Assembly: GCA_019243205.1 (NCBI GenBank)
Contig: JAFAUR010000176.1
Span: 1-59,957 of the forward strand
From: Acidobacteriaceae bacterium
GTDB lineage: Bacteria > Acidobacteriota > Terriglobia > Bryobacterales > Bryobacteraceae
Direction of reading: 5' to 3'
Length of the DNA stretch: 59,957 bases
This document shows positions 41,076-49,716 of this stretch, piece after piece. The translations under genes and the position numbers were made by a program. Below the pieces are notes generated by a model that saw only the letters and a program-made list of their open reading frames with translations, searched no databases and had not been told where the DNA came from. Numbering within the stretch: position 1 is the stretch's first letter; every line of letters starts with the position of its first letter.

Positions 41076-41994
41076 TGGCCGCGGACTCTTCGTCTTCGAA
41101 GCGCATACAGAATTTCTGGAAGGCAAGGATCAGGTCGTCTTCCGGGGTTAGCCGATTCGGCGCATCGTGGATGCGATTTTCCCAGATCACCAGATCTTGT
41201 TCATAAGCAAGTTTGCTGTCGCGCAGAAGAGCACGGATGGCTTGCTGCGAAGGCGGGCTGCCATCCTCAGTAGCGGGCGCCGCAACAGACACGCGGATGG
41301 TACAGCTGCCGTTGCCGTTCGGCGTAGATCCGGAGATCACCGTATTTTCACCCAACCGGCTGACGCACACATTTGGACTAATCACTTGAGCAAGAAATTG
41401 CATTTCCGTGCCTGCATCCTGCACCGCGCCATTGTGCCAGGCTGTTTCGAATGCCTCCGCGTAGAACGTGCCGGAAAGATGTAATTCGCCGCTGTCCCCG
41501 GGACTCAGCTTGAGATTCGGGCGGCGTTTGAGACGATGCACGGATTGAAAGTGCGCCGGGTCAAAGCCATTCTCTACGACGAGTTCAGCCGGAGCTTGTG
41601 CGGTCATAGTAAACCCAGGCACTAAGTAATGTGTTGCGTTCAGCTCTTCGAGCAGACGGGTGAGCCCGTTCTCATGCCGCTCGGACAAGAGGACGAACAA
41701 TAGACCGCCAACGGCTAGTGTGCGGTAACGGGGCGTTTTAAATTGACAGTCGGAATCTGAACCGAGGCCGATGCGGTAACCATGGAACGGACAGATGATT
41801 GCGCCTCTGTCCAGCGTGCCGCCGAAGGCCAGATGAGCTCCTCGGTGCGGGCATGTTGCATTGTACGCGCCAAACTCATTTTCCTGCTTGACTAACAGAA
41901 GCCGAAGGTTGCCAATACGAAGCGGTGTGACTTTATCGCGAATCTCTCTTTCGAATCCGACCTGGTACCAACCGCGATAGAGATGCTGAGGCAT
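41044..41994 (-). CDS. Rieske [2Fe-2S] non-heme iron oxygenase
   Basis: CPHRGAHL-x17-CPFHGYRI Rieske motif. Mononuclear iron motif ENGFDPAHFQSVH (E-x3-D-x2-H-x4-H). GGGAGGA RBS upstream of the ATG. Confidence 0.85.
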   Translation of the reverse strand: MPQHLYRGWYQVGFEREIRDKVTPLRIGNLRLLLVKQENEFGAYNATCPHRGAHLAFGGTLDRGAIICPFHGYRIGLGSDSDCQFKTPRYRTLAVGGLLFVLLSERHENGLTRLLEELNATHYLVPGFTMTAQAPAELVVENGFDPAHFQSVHRLKRRPNLKLSPGDSGELHLSGTFYAEAFETAWHNGAVQDAGTEMQFLAQVISPNVCVSRLGENTVISGSTPNGNGSCTIRVSVAAPATEDGSPPSQQAIRALLRDSKLAYEQDLVIWENRIHDAPNRLTPEDDLILAFQKFCMRFEDEESAANEAHATCSVR

Positions 41995-42370
41995 CTACAG
42001 GTCCTCCCGCCTAGGTTCAACTTTCGTCCATCCTCGCCTATCCTGCCACGCCATCTTCCAGATGAGCCATCTAGGCACGAACCCGGAATGGCCGCACCCA
42101 TACACTGAGAAATTTCAAAGCAGTTTTCGGAGATTATCACAACCTGCCGCACTCTTGGCCCGTGCTGCTCACGGACCTTACTTTTTGCGTTGACGTGGAC
42201 GATTTCGTTCGACACCGACGTGTACAAGTCAGCAACCGGAACACGTGGCATCGCACCGGAAGTCGCCAAGTGTTCTGAACGATTTCCAGAGCGACATGTT
42301 CGGGAACATGCCACATCCGCTACTCCAAAAACGATGATCGCAGCGCCATTTATTTGCAGCGCCGTAGCGA

Positions 42371-43456
42371 TTACTCGATGTGAACGGTCACCGGGAGCAC
42401 GTGATGCACAGAATAGTGCCGCTCCTCAGGTGCATGTTCTAAAGGTTGCACGCGGCCGTTTTCATCGGTGGCGCGAGCCATCAATGTCGCCGAAGGTACA
42501 TCAGCGGGTATGTTCCAGGGGTACTGCCAGCGCACCCAGCAATAGGGCTGAGGCGGATCGAGGAGTTCAGCGCTGTTCCAGCACCGACCGCCGTCCACGC
42601 TCACGCTGACGCTCGCGACGTGTGATTCGCCGGCCCAGGAACTGCCTCTTATCAGATAAACATCGCCTGCCTTGAGTCGCTCGTTTGAGGAAGGTCGCAC
42701 GATCTCTGTTTTTACTTCACCAGGGCCCAAAGGAGCGAGAGTGGGATTTCCTTCTATCCTTTCCCAGTGGCTGTACTCAAACGTTTGAAAGTAACCGGCG
42801 AACGGCTCACGGCAAATTAGGAGGTGAATCAGCCACTTCACCGAAGCCATGCCGTACCATCCCGGTACGATGGCGCGAACCGGAAACCCATGGGCTTCGG
42901 GCAACTCGCGTCCATTCATTGAATAGGCAAGCAAGACATCATCATGTAAGGCCTTCGCGAGCGGCAAGCTACGAGCGAACGGGATGGATCCTGGTGTTTT
43001 CGGCTCCTTATCGATCGCGCCCGCATCAGCACCCTGCAGTACCACCTCTTGAGCATCGTGTTGAAAGCCAACTTCCGCTAGAACAAGTGAGAGCGGGACG
43101 CCTCTCCATTCGGCGTTGCCAACCGCGCCCAGGTGCCAATCGATTCCCGGCGTTGATCCGCCGAGGAACGCTCTAGCATTCCCGGCGCATTCTAAAGTCG
43201 CCACTATGCGGCGGGAAGGCATTGCGAGCAGGTCATCATAGGTGAAGTCGCGCGCTCTTTGCACTGCGCCTGACACGGTCAGACGCCAGAATTTCACGTC
43301 TATGCGCGGCGCCTCGAAGTGATTGCGGATGTAGAAGAGTTCGTTCGGAGTCAGATATGAATCGAGCGCCGCACAAGGCGACTCGAGATTCTCCGGATGG
43401 TGCTTCTTAGTTATCAGATTAGAGTTCGAAGCCATGATCTTGCTGGAACGTGTCAC
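42371..43456 (-). CDS. sulfite oxidase-like molybdopterin oxidoreductase
   Basis: TLECAGNAR Mo-cofactor Cys motif, GFPVRAIVPGWYG, and a C-terminal Ig-like dimerisation-type domain. No obvious signal peptide. Confidence 0.85.
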   Translation of the reverse strand: MTRSSKIMASNSNLITKKHHPENLESPCAALDSYLTPNELFYIRNHFEAPRIDVKFWRLTVSGAVQRARDFTYDDLLAMPSRRIVATLECAGNARAFLGGSTPGIDWHLGAVGNAEWRGVPLSLVLAEVGFQHDAQEVVLQGADAGAIDKEPKTPGSIPFARSLPLAKALHDDVLLAYSMNGRELPEAHGFPVRAIVPGWYGMASVKWLIHLLICREPFAGYFQTFEYSHWERIEGNPTLAPLGPGEVKTEIVRPSSNERLKAGDVYLIRGSSWAGESHVASVSVSVDGGRCWNSAELLDPPQPYCWVRWQYPWNIPADVPSATLMARATDENGRVQPLEHAPEERHYSVHHVLPVTVHIE

Positions 43457-43669
43457 TTCGTCGACGTTCGGAGTTGAGCGAAATGTTTCAAAGCCGTGAG
43501 AAGTGGCGTTCTATCGTTAGGAATGACAGAAGGTTTCGTTGATCTGCCGTGTTACGGGCCAGCCGAAGAGTGCATACCTGGCGAGCAAGCTCGGGCTTCG
43601 GTTGCCAACGTTGTTGACGGAGACAGCGGGGACTGTGATGCGGTTTTGGAATCTTTCGTCTTGAAGTGA

Positions 43670-45502
43670 TTGCACATCTGTATGCGACTGATCGTTAAGG
43701 AGAAAGATTTGCTGCATCGAAGAGAGTTTTGCAACTTGTTGAGTACAGGGGCGGCGGCATTAGCGGTCGCCGGCAGAGATACCGCGGGCCCGTTGCCGGA
43801 AGGCTTCAATAAACTCACGCAGGATTATGCCGCATTCTGCAGAACTCCAGCGAACGAGAGAATCTTTTACGCAGTCGAGAGCGGCAAGATCATGGGCGAA
43901 AAGCTAGATGATCGCAACTGGCAGCCTACGGAGTGGGGGAAGGCTCCAGAGCTCCCCGTCCCGGGCGGATCCTGGGACGGCGTCCCGATGAACTCACCTG
44001 TTCTGGGACTGAGCGGCGAAGGACCTTACCAACCCACTTGGGAATCTTTGCTCCAGTACGAAGCCCCCGAGTGGTATCGCGACGCGAAGTTTGGCATTTG
44101 GGCTCATTGGAGTCCTCAGTGCGTACCGGAAGCAGGCGATTGGTATGCACGCAACATGTACATCGAGGGCTCGAAAGACTACAAGTACCAGCTTGATCAT
44201 TATGGGCATCCTTCGAAGTTCGGCTACAAAGAGCTGTGCTCACAGTGGACACTGCTCAACTGGGAGCCGGAAGAGCTGATGGAACGCTACAAGAAAGCGG
44301 GAGCCAAATTTTTCGTCGCGCTCGCCAATCACCATGACGGCTTCGACGCGTGGGACTCGAAGCACCAGCCTTGGAATTCGATCAACATGGGGCCGCATCG
44401 AGACGTGGTAGGTACTTGGGCTGCTCTGGCGCGAAAACACGGGTTACGGTTCGGAGTCACCGTGCATCAGGCCCGCAACTGGTGGTGGTTCCAGACAGCG
44501 CATGCAGCGGACAAAGCAGGCGCTTTGGCGGCTGTCGCATACGATGGTCGACTGACCGAACCCGAAGGGAAAGGCGAGTGGTGGCAGGGCTTTGATCCAC
44601 ACCGTATTTACGGCGTGAAGCATCCTTTCAACGCGCTTCCTGACACTTCATACGTTAAGGACTTCTACGATCGCACGCGGGACCTGCTCGACCAGCATGA
44701 TCCAGATCTCCTCTACTTCGACAATTCGCTATTTCCGCTCGGCTGGGGGGGCATGAACATTGGGGCTTACTTTTACAACCACAATCTCAAGACTCGCGGC
44801 AAGCTGGAGGCTGTCGCGACTGTTAAGCAAGTGCCCGACAATTTGGCGAAAGCTGTGGTGGCGGACTATGAGCGCGGCCTGACAAATCGGATCATGCCGT
44901 ATGCGTGGCAATCGGAAACCTGTATTGGCGAATGGCATTATAATCGGGCGGTGTACGACAAGCCCGGCGAGTTTGGCGGCTACACGTCTCCGCGGGACGT
45001 CGTGCATTGGCTGATTGATGCCGTCAGTAAAAACGGTACATTCGTTTTGAATGTTCCTGGAAAGCCAGACGGAACCATCGACTCGAAAGAGGAAGTGATC
45101 CTCGATCAAGTCACGGCGTGGATGCAGGTTAATCGCGAAGCTATTTACGCCACACGGCCCTGGAAGATCTACGGTGAAGGCCCGAATGTGGTCAAGGCAG
45201 GATCATTTCAGGGGCACAGCATTGCCAGTCTAGGGGCGAAAGATATCCGCTTCACGCGCAATAAGGCTAACTCGGTCATCTACGCGATTGTCCTGGGTTG
45301 GCCTCAGGAGCCGATCCATATTCAGGCGATTGGGACCTCAACGCCTACGAATCCGGGAAAAATCGAGCGGGTTGAGCTGTTGGGCACAGAACAAACGCTC
45401 GACTGGAAGCAGGAGGCGGTTGCGCTTCGCGTATCACTGCCGAGCGATTATCACCCTCGAGCCGACTTTGCCGCTTCGTTGAAACTAACGTTGGCCGGAT
45501 AA
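43670..45502 (+). CDS. alpha-L-fucosidase (GH29), Tat-type signal
   Basis: RREFCNLLSTGAAALAVAG signal. WYRDAKFGIWAHW and FVALANHHDGFDAWDS are GH29 signatures. The exact start is uncertain. Confidence 0.85.
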   Translation: MHICMRLIVKEKDLLHRREFCNLLSTGAAALAVAGRDTAGPLPEGFNKLTQDYAAFCRTPANERIFYAVESGKIMGEKLDDRNWQPTEWGKAPELPVPGGSWDGVPMNSPVLGLSGEGPYQPTWESLLQYEAPEWYRDAKFGIWAHWSPQCVPEAGDWYARNMYIEGSKDYKYQLDHYGHPSKFGYKELCSQWTLLNWEPEELMERYKKAGAKFFVALANHHDGFDAWDSKHQPWNSINMGPHRDVVGTWAALARKHGLRFGVTVHQARNWWWFQTAHAADKAGALAAVAYDGRLTEPEGKGEWWQGFDPHRIYGVKHPFNALPDTSYVKDFYDRTRDLLDQHDPDLLYFDNSLFPLGWGGMNIGAYFYNHNLKTRGKLEAVATVKQVPDNLAKAVVADYERGLTNRIMPYAWQSETCIGEWHYNRAVYDKPGEFGGYTSPRDVVHWLIDAVSKNGTFVLNVPGKPDGTIDSKEEVILDQVTAWMQVNREAIYATRPWKIYGEGPNVVKAGSFQGHSIASLGAKDIRFTRNKANSVIYAIVLGWPQEPIHIQAIGTSTPTNPGKIERVELLGTEQTLDWKQEAVALRVSLPSDYHPRADFAASLKLTLAG

Positions 45503-45616
45503 CGGGTTTTATGGCCAACCATCGTTAGCACTGGATCTCGACAGGAAGACTCAAGGATCGATGAGGATTATCGCGGCAGTCTCCACGTCGGTCCCAAGCC
45601 GGTAACCCACTGGCTT

Positions 45617-46714
45617 TCAGTGGTCGGCGTGCGCAAGAACCGTTTGCGGGATAGTGACGGGACTATCGAGGCTAAAGCCGATCAATGTGCCGGCGGGCAG
45701 CATGGCCGTTCTCTTCGTTGCTGCATATGTAATCCTTCGACCGCCGGCCGTTGATGCTGATGTGATGCCTGCACCTTCTTCGGCCCCCGCTACAGCTCCC
45801 ATCACGGCACCGAACGCGGCTCCGGTGGCCATTCTGGCGCTGTTCAGAAGATTGTTGTGGCTCCCTTGTACCTCACAGATGCTGCTTTTGATCGGTACCG
45901 TGCTTTCGTCGGCCATTGTAAGGTGCGTGAGAGTTATCGTCAGATCCGAACTTCCACCGAGCACTCCTCCCCTACGGACTAGAGCCACACGCCCCAGGAC
46001 GCTTGAATCGGCGTTAGATACTACGACTCCGTTCACAAGCAACGAGGAAACCAGAGTGGCGCGGAATGTATCCCCGCTTCGGTTTTGCTTGCTCGACAGG
46101 GATTCGGATAGGCGAACTCGAACAAGTGTTCCGCGAGGAACGGTAACCACTCCCACCTCCGAGCCTGCGGCCGGTACTTCCGGCTTTGAGGGTTGTTCGT
46201 TCCGTTGTTGGTGTCCTTCGGGCGCCTGAAACGGCGCAACTTGAAGCGGGACGCGCTCGGCAGTCGTACTCGGCAAGTGAGGTGGTCTCGGAGCCGTGCG
46301 GGTCTGCTCAACTTTGCCGACGTTTGGTTTGTCCGAACTGGCTGTTCCGGCTTTACCATCAACGGCGGGACTCGTTTCTGGATGATGCGCACTCGTTCCC
46401 GCGATCGCGACACTCAAAGCGCCCGACCCGGCGCTTTCAGGAGCTGGCTGCCCGTCGTCATCACTGGAGGAAGAAGTTTGCTCAGTCGTGGTGCTGTTCG
46501 GTTCTGATGAACTCGCCGCGCCACTGGTCGAAAGGCCACCCGGGCGCGAGTCCGTGGTGCCTCGCTCGTACGCCGCCCCAGGCAGCGAGGGCCGAATCGC
46601 GTGCACAGGTGACGGGTCACGAAAGACTTTTGAGAAGATCAAGCAGCCGGCAAACGCGGTCATCAGCGATAGAACGAAACATGCAACAATTTGCGGGGTC
46701 TTGTTAGCCATCAA
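45617..46714 (-). CDS. hypothetical membrane-anchored protein with Ser/Thr/Pro-rich linker and Gly-zipper-like C-terminus
   Basis: N-terminal TM IVACFVLSLMTAFAGCLIF, a low-complexity S/T/P-rich region, and C-terminal ATGAAFGAVMGAVAGAEEGAG. Confidence 0.6.
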   Translation of the reverse strand: MMANKTPQIVACFVLSLMTAFAGCLIFSKVFRDPSPVHAIRPSLPGAAYERGTTDSRPGGLSTSGAASSSEPNSTTTEQTSSSSDDDGQPAPESAGSGALSVAIAGTSAHHPETSPAVDGKAGTASSDKPNVGKVEQTRTAPRPPHLPSTTAERVPLQVAPFQAPEGHQQRNEQPSKPEVPAAGSEVGVVTVPRGTLVRVRLSESLSSKQNRSGDTFRATLVSSLLVNGVVVSNADSSVLGRVALVRRGGVLGGSSDLTITLTHLTMADESTVPIKSSICEVQGSHNNLLNSARMATGAAFGAVMGAVAGAEEGAGITSASTAGGRRITYAATKRTAMLPAGTLIGFSLDSPVTIPQTVLAHADH

Positions 46715-47011
46715 TAGATCGCGTTTACGAATTTGCCTGGTCCAGCAGCAAAGTCTATAACAATGTTCGCATCACACGTGCTTCAACGGCATTGTCCAGT
46801 CGGAGTTCGGTAGTAGGCGTGCCGACCGAGGTTGAACCTGCTTCACGCGCCCTCTGATGAACGGTAGGCTCGCCAGGATGCGTCCCGACAGACCAGTACT
46901 AAATCCAAAGTAGCTCCATACGGAAGTTACAAAAAGCTTGCAGTGCATCGGGAAAAAGCGCACAATAAGGCGCCGCCGCAGGTAAAGCAAATCTATTAGG
47001 GGGAGGATCCA

Positions 47012-47917
47012 ATGCGGAATCATGCTCTTTTGAAGGGCTGCGCCGCTGCTATCGCATTGTTCCTGGGGGGAATCGCGCCGCTTCCGTGCGCAGCCCAAAT
47101 GCCGAGTGAGCCAGGCTATCTCGAAAGTACCTGGATCAAGGTCCGTCAGGACAAGGTCGCTGAATTCAACCAGATCGCCGTGCGGGTTGCCGATGCGAAC
47201 CGACACGGCAAGGGCGACAACTGGACTGCCGCAGTCGACATGTATGGGAAAGACAACTATGTCTGGATGACATCTACCCGGGCTTCCTTGAGCGAGATCG
47301 AACCCGGTATGAACAAATTTGGCGGCGCGATGAAAGAATTCATGGGGTTTTCCTGGGATCGCTTCATGGCCGAGACGTCAAAGGTGACAGACAGTTCCGG
47401 ATCGGAGCTACGCGTTCGGCGTAACGAACTAAGTTGGAATATAAAGGACATGCCATCTTGGCTAGCTCAGGTGGGTAAAGCCAAATACCTTGCCACGGCC
47501 ATCGTCCAGGTTAAGCCGGGCCACATGGCAGATGCCGAGAAGCAACTTATGATGATCCACGATGCGGCACAGGGCAAACCCGAAGCGATGGCGGCTGGCG
47601 TATCGCAGGTCATGTTTGGGGGGAATCCCGGAACGTTCTGGATAGTTATACCGCTCTCGGAGCTCACAGACCTTACCAAAATGGGCAGTCCCCGCAGCCT
47701 GCTGGGCGAAGAGGGGTACCGTCGGTACTCTGAGATGGCAGCCCAAAACTATGCCAGTGTCGATTACTCACTCAAGCGTTTCGTGCCGGAATGGAGTAAT
47801 CCACCGGCCGCTTTCGTAGAGGCGAACCCGAAGTTCTGGAACGTGAAAGCTCCGGCGATGGCGAAACCCAAACCGCCAACAGCGACCGCCAAACCCGCTG
47901 CGACCTCCGGACAATAG
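47012..47917 (+). CDS. hypothetical exported protein
   Basis: GGGGGAGG RBS, signal peptide MRNHALLKGCAAAIALFLGGIAPLPCAAQ, 301 aa. I did not recognise a family. Confidence 0.6.
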   Translation: MRNHALLKGCAAAIALFLGGIAPLPCAAQMPSEPGYLESTWIKVRQDKVAEFNQIAVRVADANRHGKGDNWTAAVDMYGKDNYVWMTSTRASLSEIEPGMNKFGGAMKEFMGFSWDRFMAETSKVTDSSGSELRVRRNELSWNIKDMPSWLAQVGKAKYLATAIVQVKPGHMADAEKQLMMIHDAAQGKPEAMAAGVSQVMFGGNPGTFWIVIPLSELTDLTKMGSPRSLLGEEGYRRYSEMAAQNYASVDYSLKRFVPEWSNPPAAFVEANPKFWNVKAPAMAKPKPPTATAKPAATSGQ

Positions 47918-48077
47918 ACGTTCTTCGCGCTCGCTAGCAACATCCGCGCGTCGCGTCCGCGCCAGTTTGTTTGACAACCGAGGTCTGTGGCGTCCGACCG
48001 TTCCGCTCCACTCATGAGCGGTCTCGAAAAATCGTTAACAGTGACCGCCATAGACCGAGTGTTAACCTGCCCGAGTA

Positions 48078-49637
48078 ATGAGACGCGCAGAATTCGGATT
48101 ATGCGCTGCGCTCGGGTGTTTCGCCGCCCTCACGTTGGCGCAGAAGACAATTCCGAGCAGTAGCGATTACGATGTCGTTATCCGCAACGGTGACGTTATT
48201 GACGGCTCGGGCCGTCCACCCCAGCGCCTCGACGTTGGTGTTACGCGTGATCGCATTAACTTTCTCGGAAACGGTGCCACTCTAACAGCAAAACAAATCA
48301 TTGATGCGAGCGGGCTCGTCGTGGCTCCCGGCTTCATTGATCCACACACCCATACTCTCGAAGATTTGTCGGATCCCAAGCGCAGCCGGAATGATCCGTA
48401 TCTTATGCAGGGGGTCACGACAGTGATCACAGGCAATGACGGTGAGGGTCCCGTCGAGATCGGTGCCACCTCAGAAAAGTGGCGGACCCAGGGCATCGGC
48501 ACCAACGCAGCTCTCTACATCGGGGAAGGCGCAATCCGGCGTGAGGTCATGGGCATGTCGGAAGCGGCGCCGAAGCCGGAGCAGCTTGCACGCATGCAGC
48601 AGCTCGTTGCTCGCGGCATGCAGCAGGGCGCGATCGGCATGTCGACCGGCCTATATTATGCCCCGGGCAATTACGCCAGCACCGAAGAAATCGTCGCGCT
48701 CGCGAAAACGGCCGCCCAGCACGGCGGCGTGTACGACACGCACATGCGCGATGAGAGCACATACAACATCGGTCTCCTCGCTGCTGTTCAGGAAACTATT
48801 CGCATCGGACGCGAGGCAGGTCTGCCGGTCCACATTTCGCATATCAAAGCGCTGGGCCGGGATGTTTGGGGCAAGAGCACGGATGTGATTGCACTCGTGA
48901 ACCAGGCGCGCGCCGAAGGGCTCAGGGTCACCGCCAGCCAATATCCTTACGAAGCTTCCGGGTCCAGCATTACAGCCTCACTGGTCCCACGCTGGGCTGA
49001 GGCGGGCGGCAATACGGAGCTTCTGAAGCGCATCTCTGACCCGCAAGTCCGGCCGCGTCTGATTTCCGAGATGGAGCGCAACCTCGATCGGCGGGGTGGT
49101 CCGGATTCCCTGTTGATCATCTCCGGCCGTGACACGCAGATTATGGGAAAGACACTTCGCCAGATCGCTGCGCAGCACTCCGAGAGTGCTGTGGATGCGG
49201 CACTCGACATCGTGAAAAACGGAGGCGCCGGTGTAGCGTCTTTCAATATGCGCGACGACGACATCAAGAACTTTATGCGCCAGGATTGGGTGATGACCTG
49301 CTCTGACGGCTCGGCCGGCCATCCAAGAAAGTACGGCACGTTCCCACGCAAGCTACGGAAGTACGTATTCGACGAGCACGTCATCAGTCTTCCCTTTGCA
49401 ATTCGCTCCAGCACATCGCTACCGGCGGAAACCTTCGGTTTGAAGGAACGTGGGCGGCTGAAGCAGGGCTACTTCGCCGATATCGTTGTCTTCGACCCAG
49501 CGACTATACGCGACCTCGCCACCTACACCGACCCGGAAGTGCTTTCGACAGGCGTACGGTATCTGCTCGTGAATGGCAAACTGGCAGTATCTGACGGCCA
49601 GATTCAAAATGTCCGTGCAGGGATCGCGCTGCATTGA
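48078..49637 (+). CDS. N-acyl-D-amino-acid deacylase (D-aminoacylase) family amidohydrolase, exported
   Basis: VIRNGDVIDGSG..APGFIDPHTH metal-binding start. SHIKA and the C-terminal beta-sandwich pattern are typical of D-aminoacylases. Confidence 0.85.
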   Translation: MRRAEFGLCAALGCFAALTLAQKTIPSSSDYDVVIRNGDVIDGSGRPPQRLDVGVTRDRINFLGNGATLTAKQIIDASGLVVAPGFIDPHTHTLEDLSDPKRSRNDPYLMQGVTTVITGNDGEGPVEIGATSEKWRTQGIGTNAALYIGEGAIRREVMGMSEAAPKPEQLARMQQLVARGMQQGAIGMSTGLYYAPGNYASTEEIVALAKTAAQHGGVYDTHMRDESTYNIGLLAAVQETIRIGREAGLPVHISHIKALGRDVWGKSTDVIALVNQARAEGLRVTASQYPYEASGSSITASLVPRWAEAGGNTELLKRISDPQVRPRLISEMERNLDRRGGPDSLLIISGRDTQIMGKTLRQIAAQHSESAVDAALDIVKNGGAGVASFNMRDDDIKNFMRQDWVMTCSDGSAGHPRKYGTFPRKLRKYVFDEHVISLPFAIRSSTSLPAETFGLKERGRLKQGYFADIVVFDPATIRDLATYTDPEVLSTGVRYLLVNGKLAVSDGQIQNVRAGIALH

Positions 49638-49716
49638 TTTAGGGCGACGCTCATAAAACTTGCCGCGTGATCTCGTAAGCGCGGTGGCCCGAACGTCGAA
49701 CTCTTAATCCAAATCG

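Noticed and set aside
42371-43456. Including the sulfite-oxidase-like Mo enzyme in the RiPP cluster
   Set aside because: It is separated from the Rieske gene by a 376-bp gap that probably holds the cluster promoter. There is no coupling and no known role for this family in RiPP maturation. I keep it as a neighbour only; co-conservation analysis could revise this.
46772-47206. A 144-aa minus-strand ORF spanning the intergenic region and the start of 47012..47917
   Set aside because: It overlaps the RBS and signal peptide of the better-supported plus-strand gene and has no motif or RBS.
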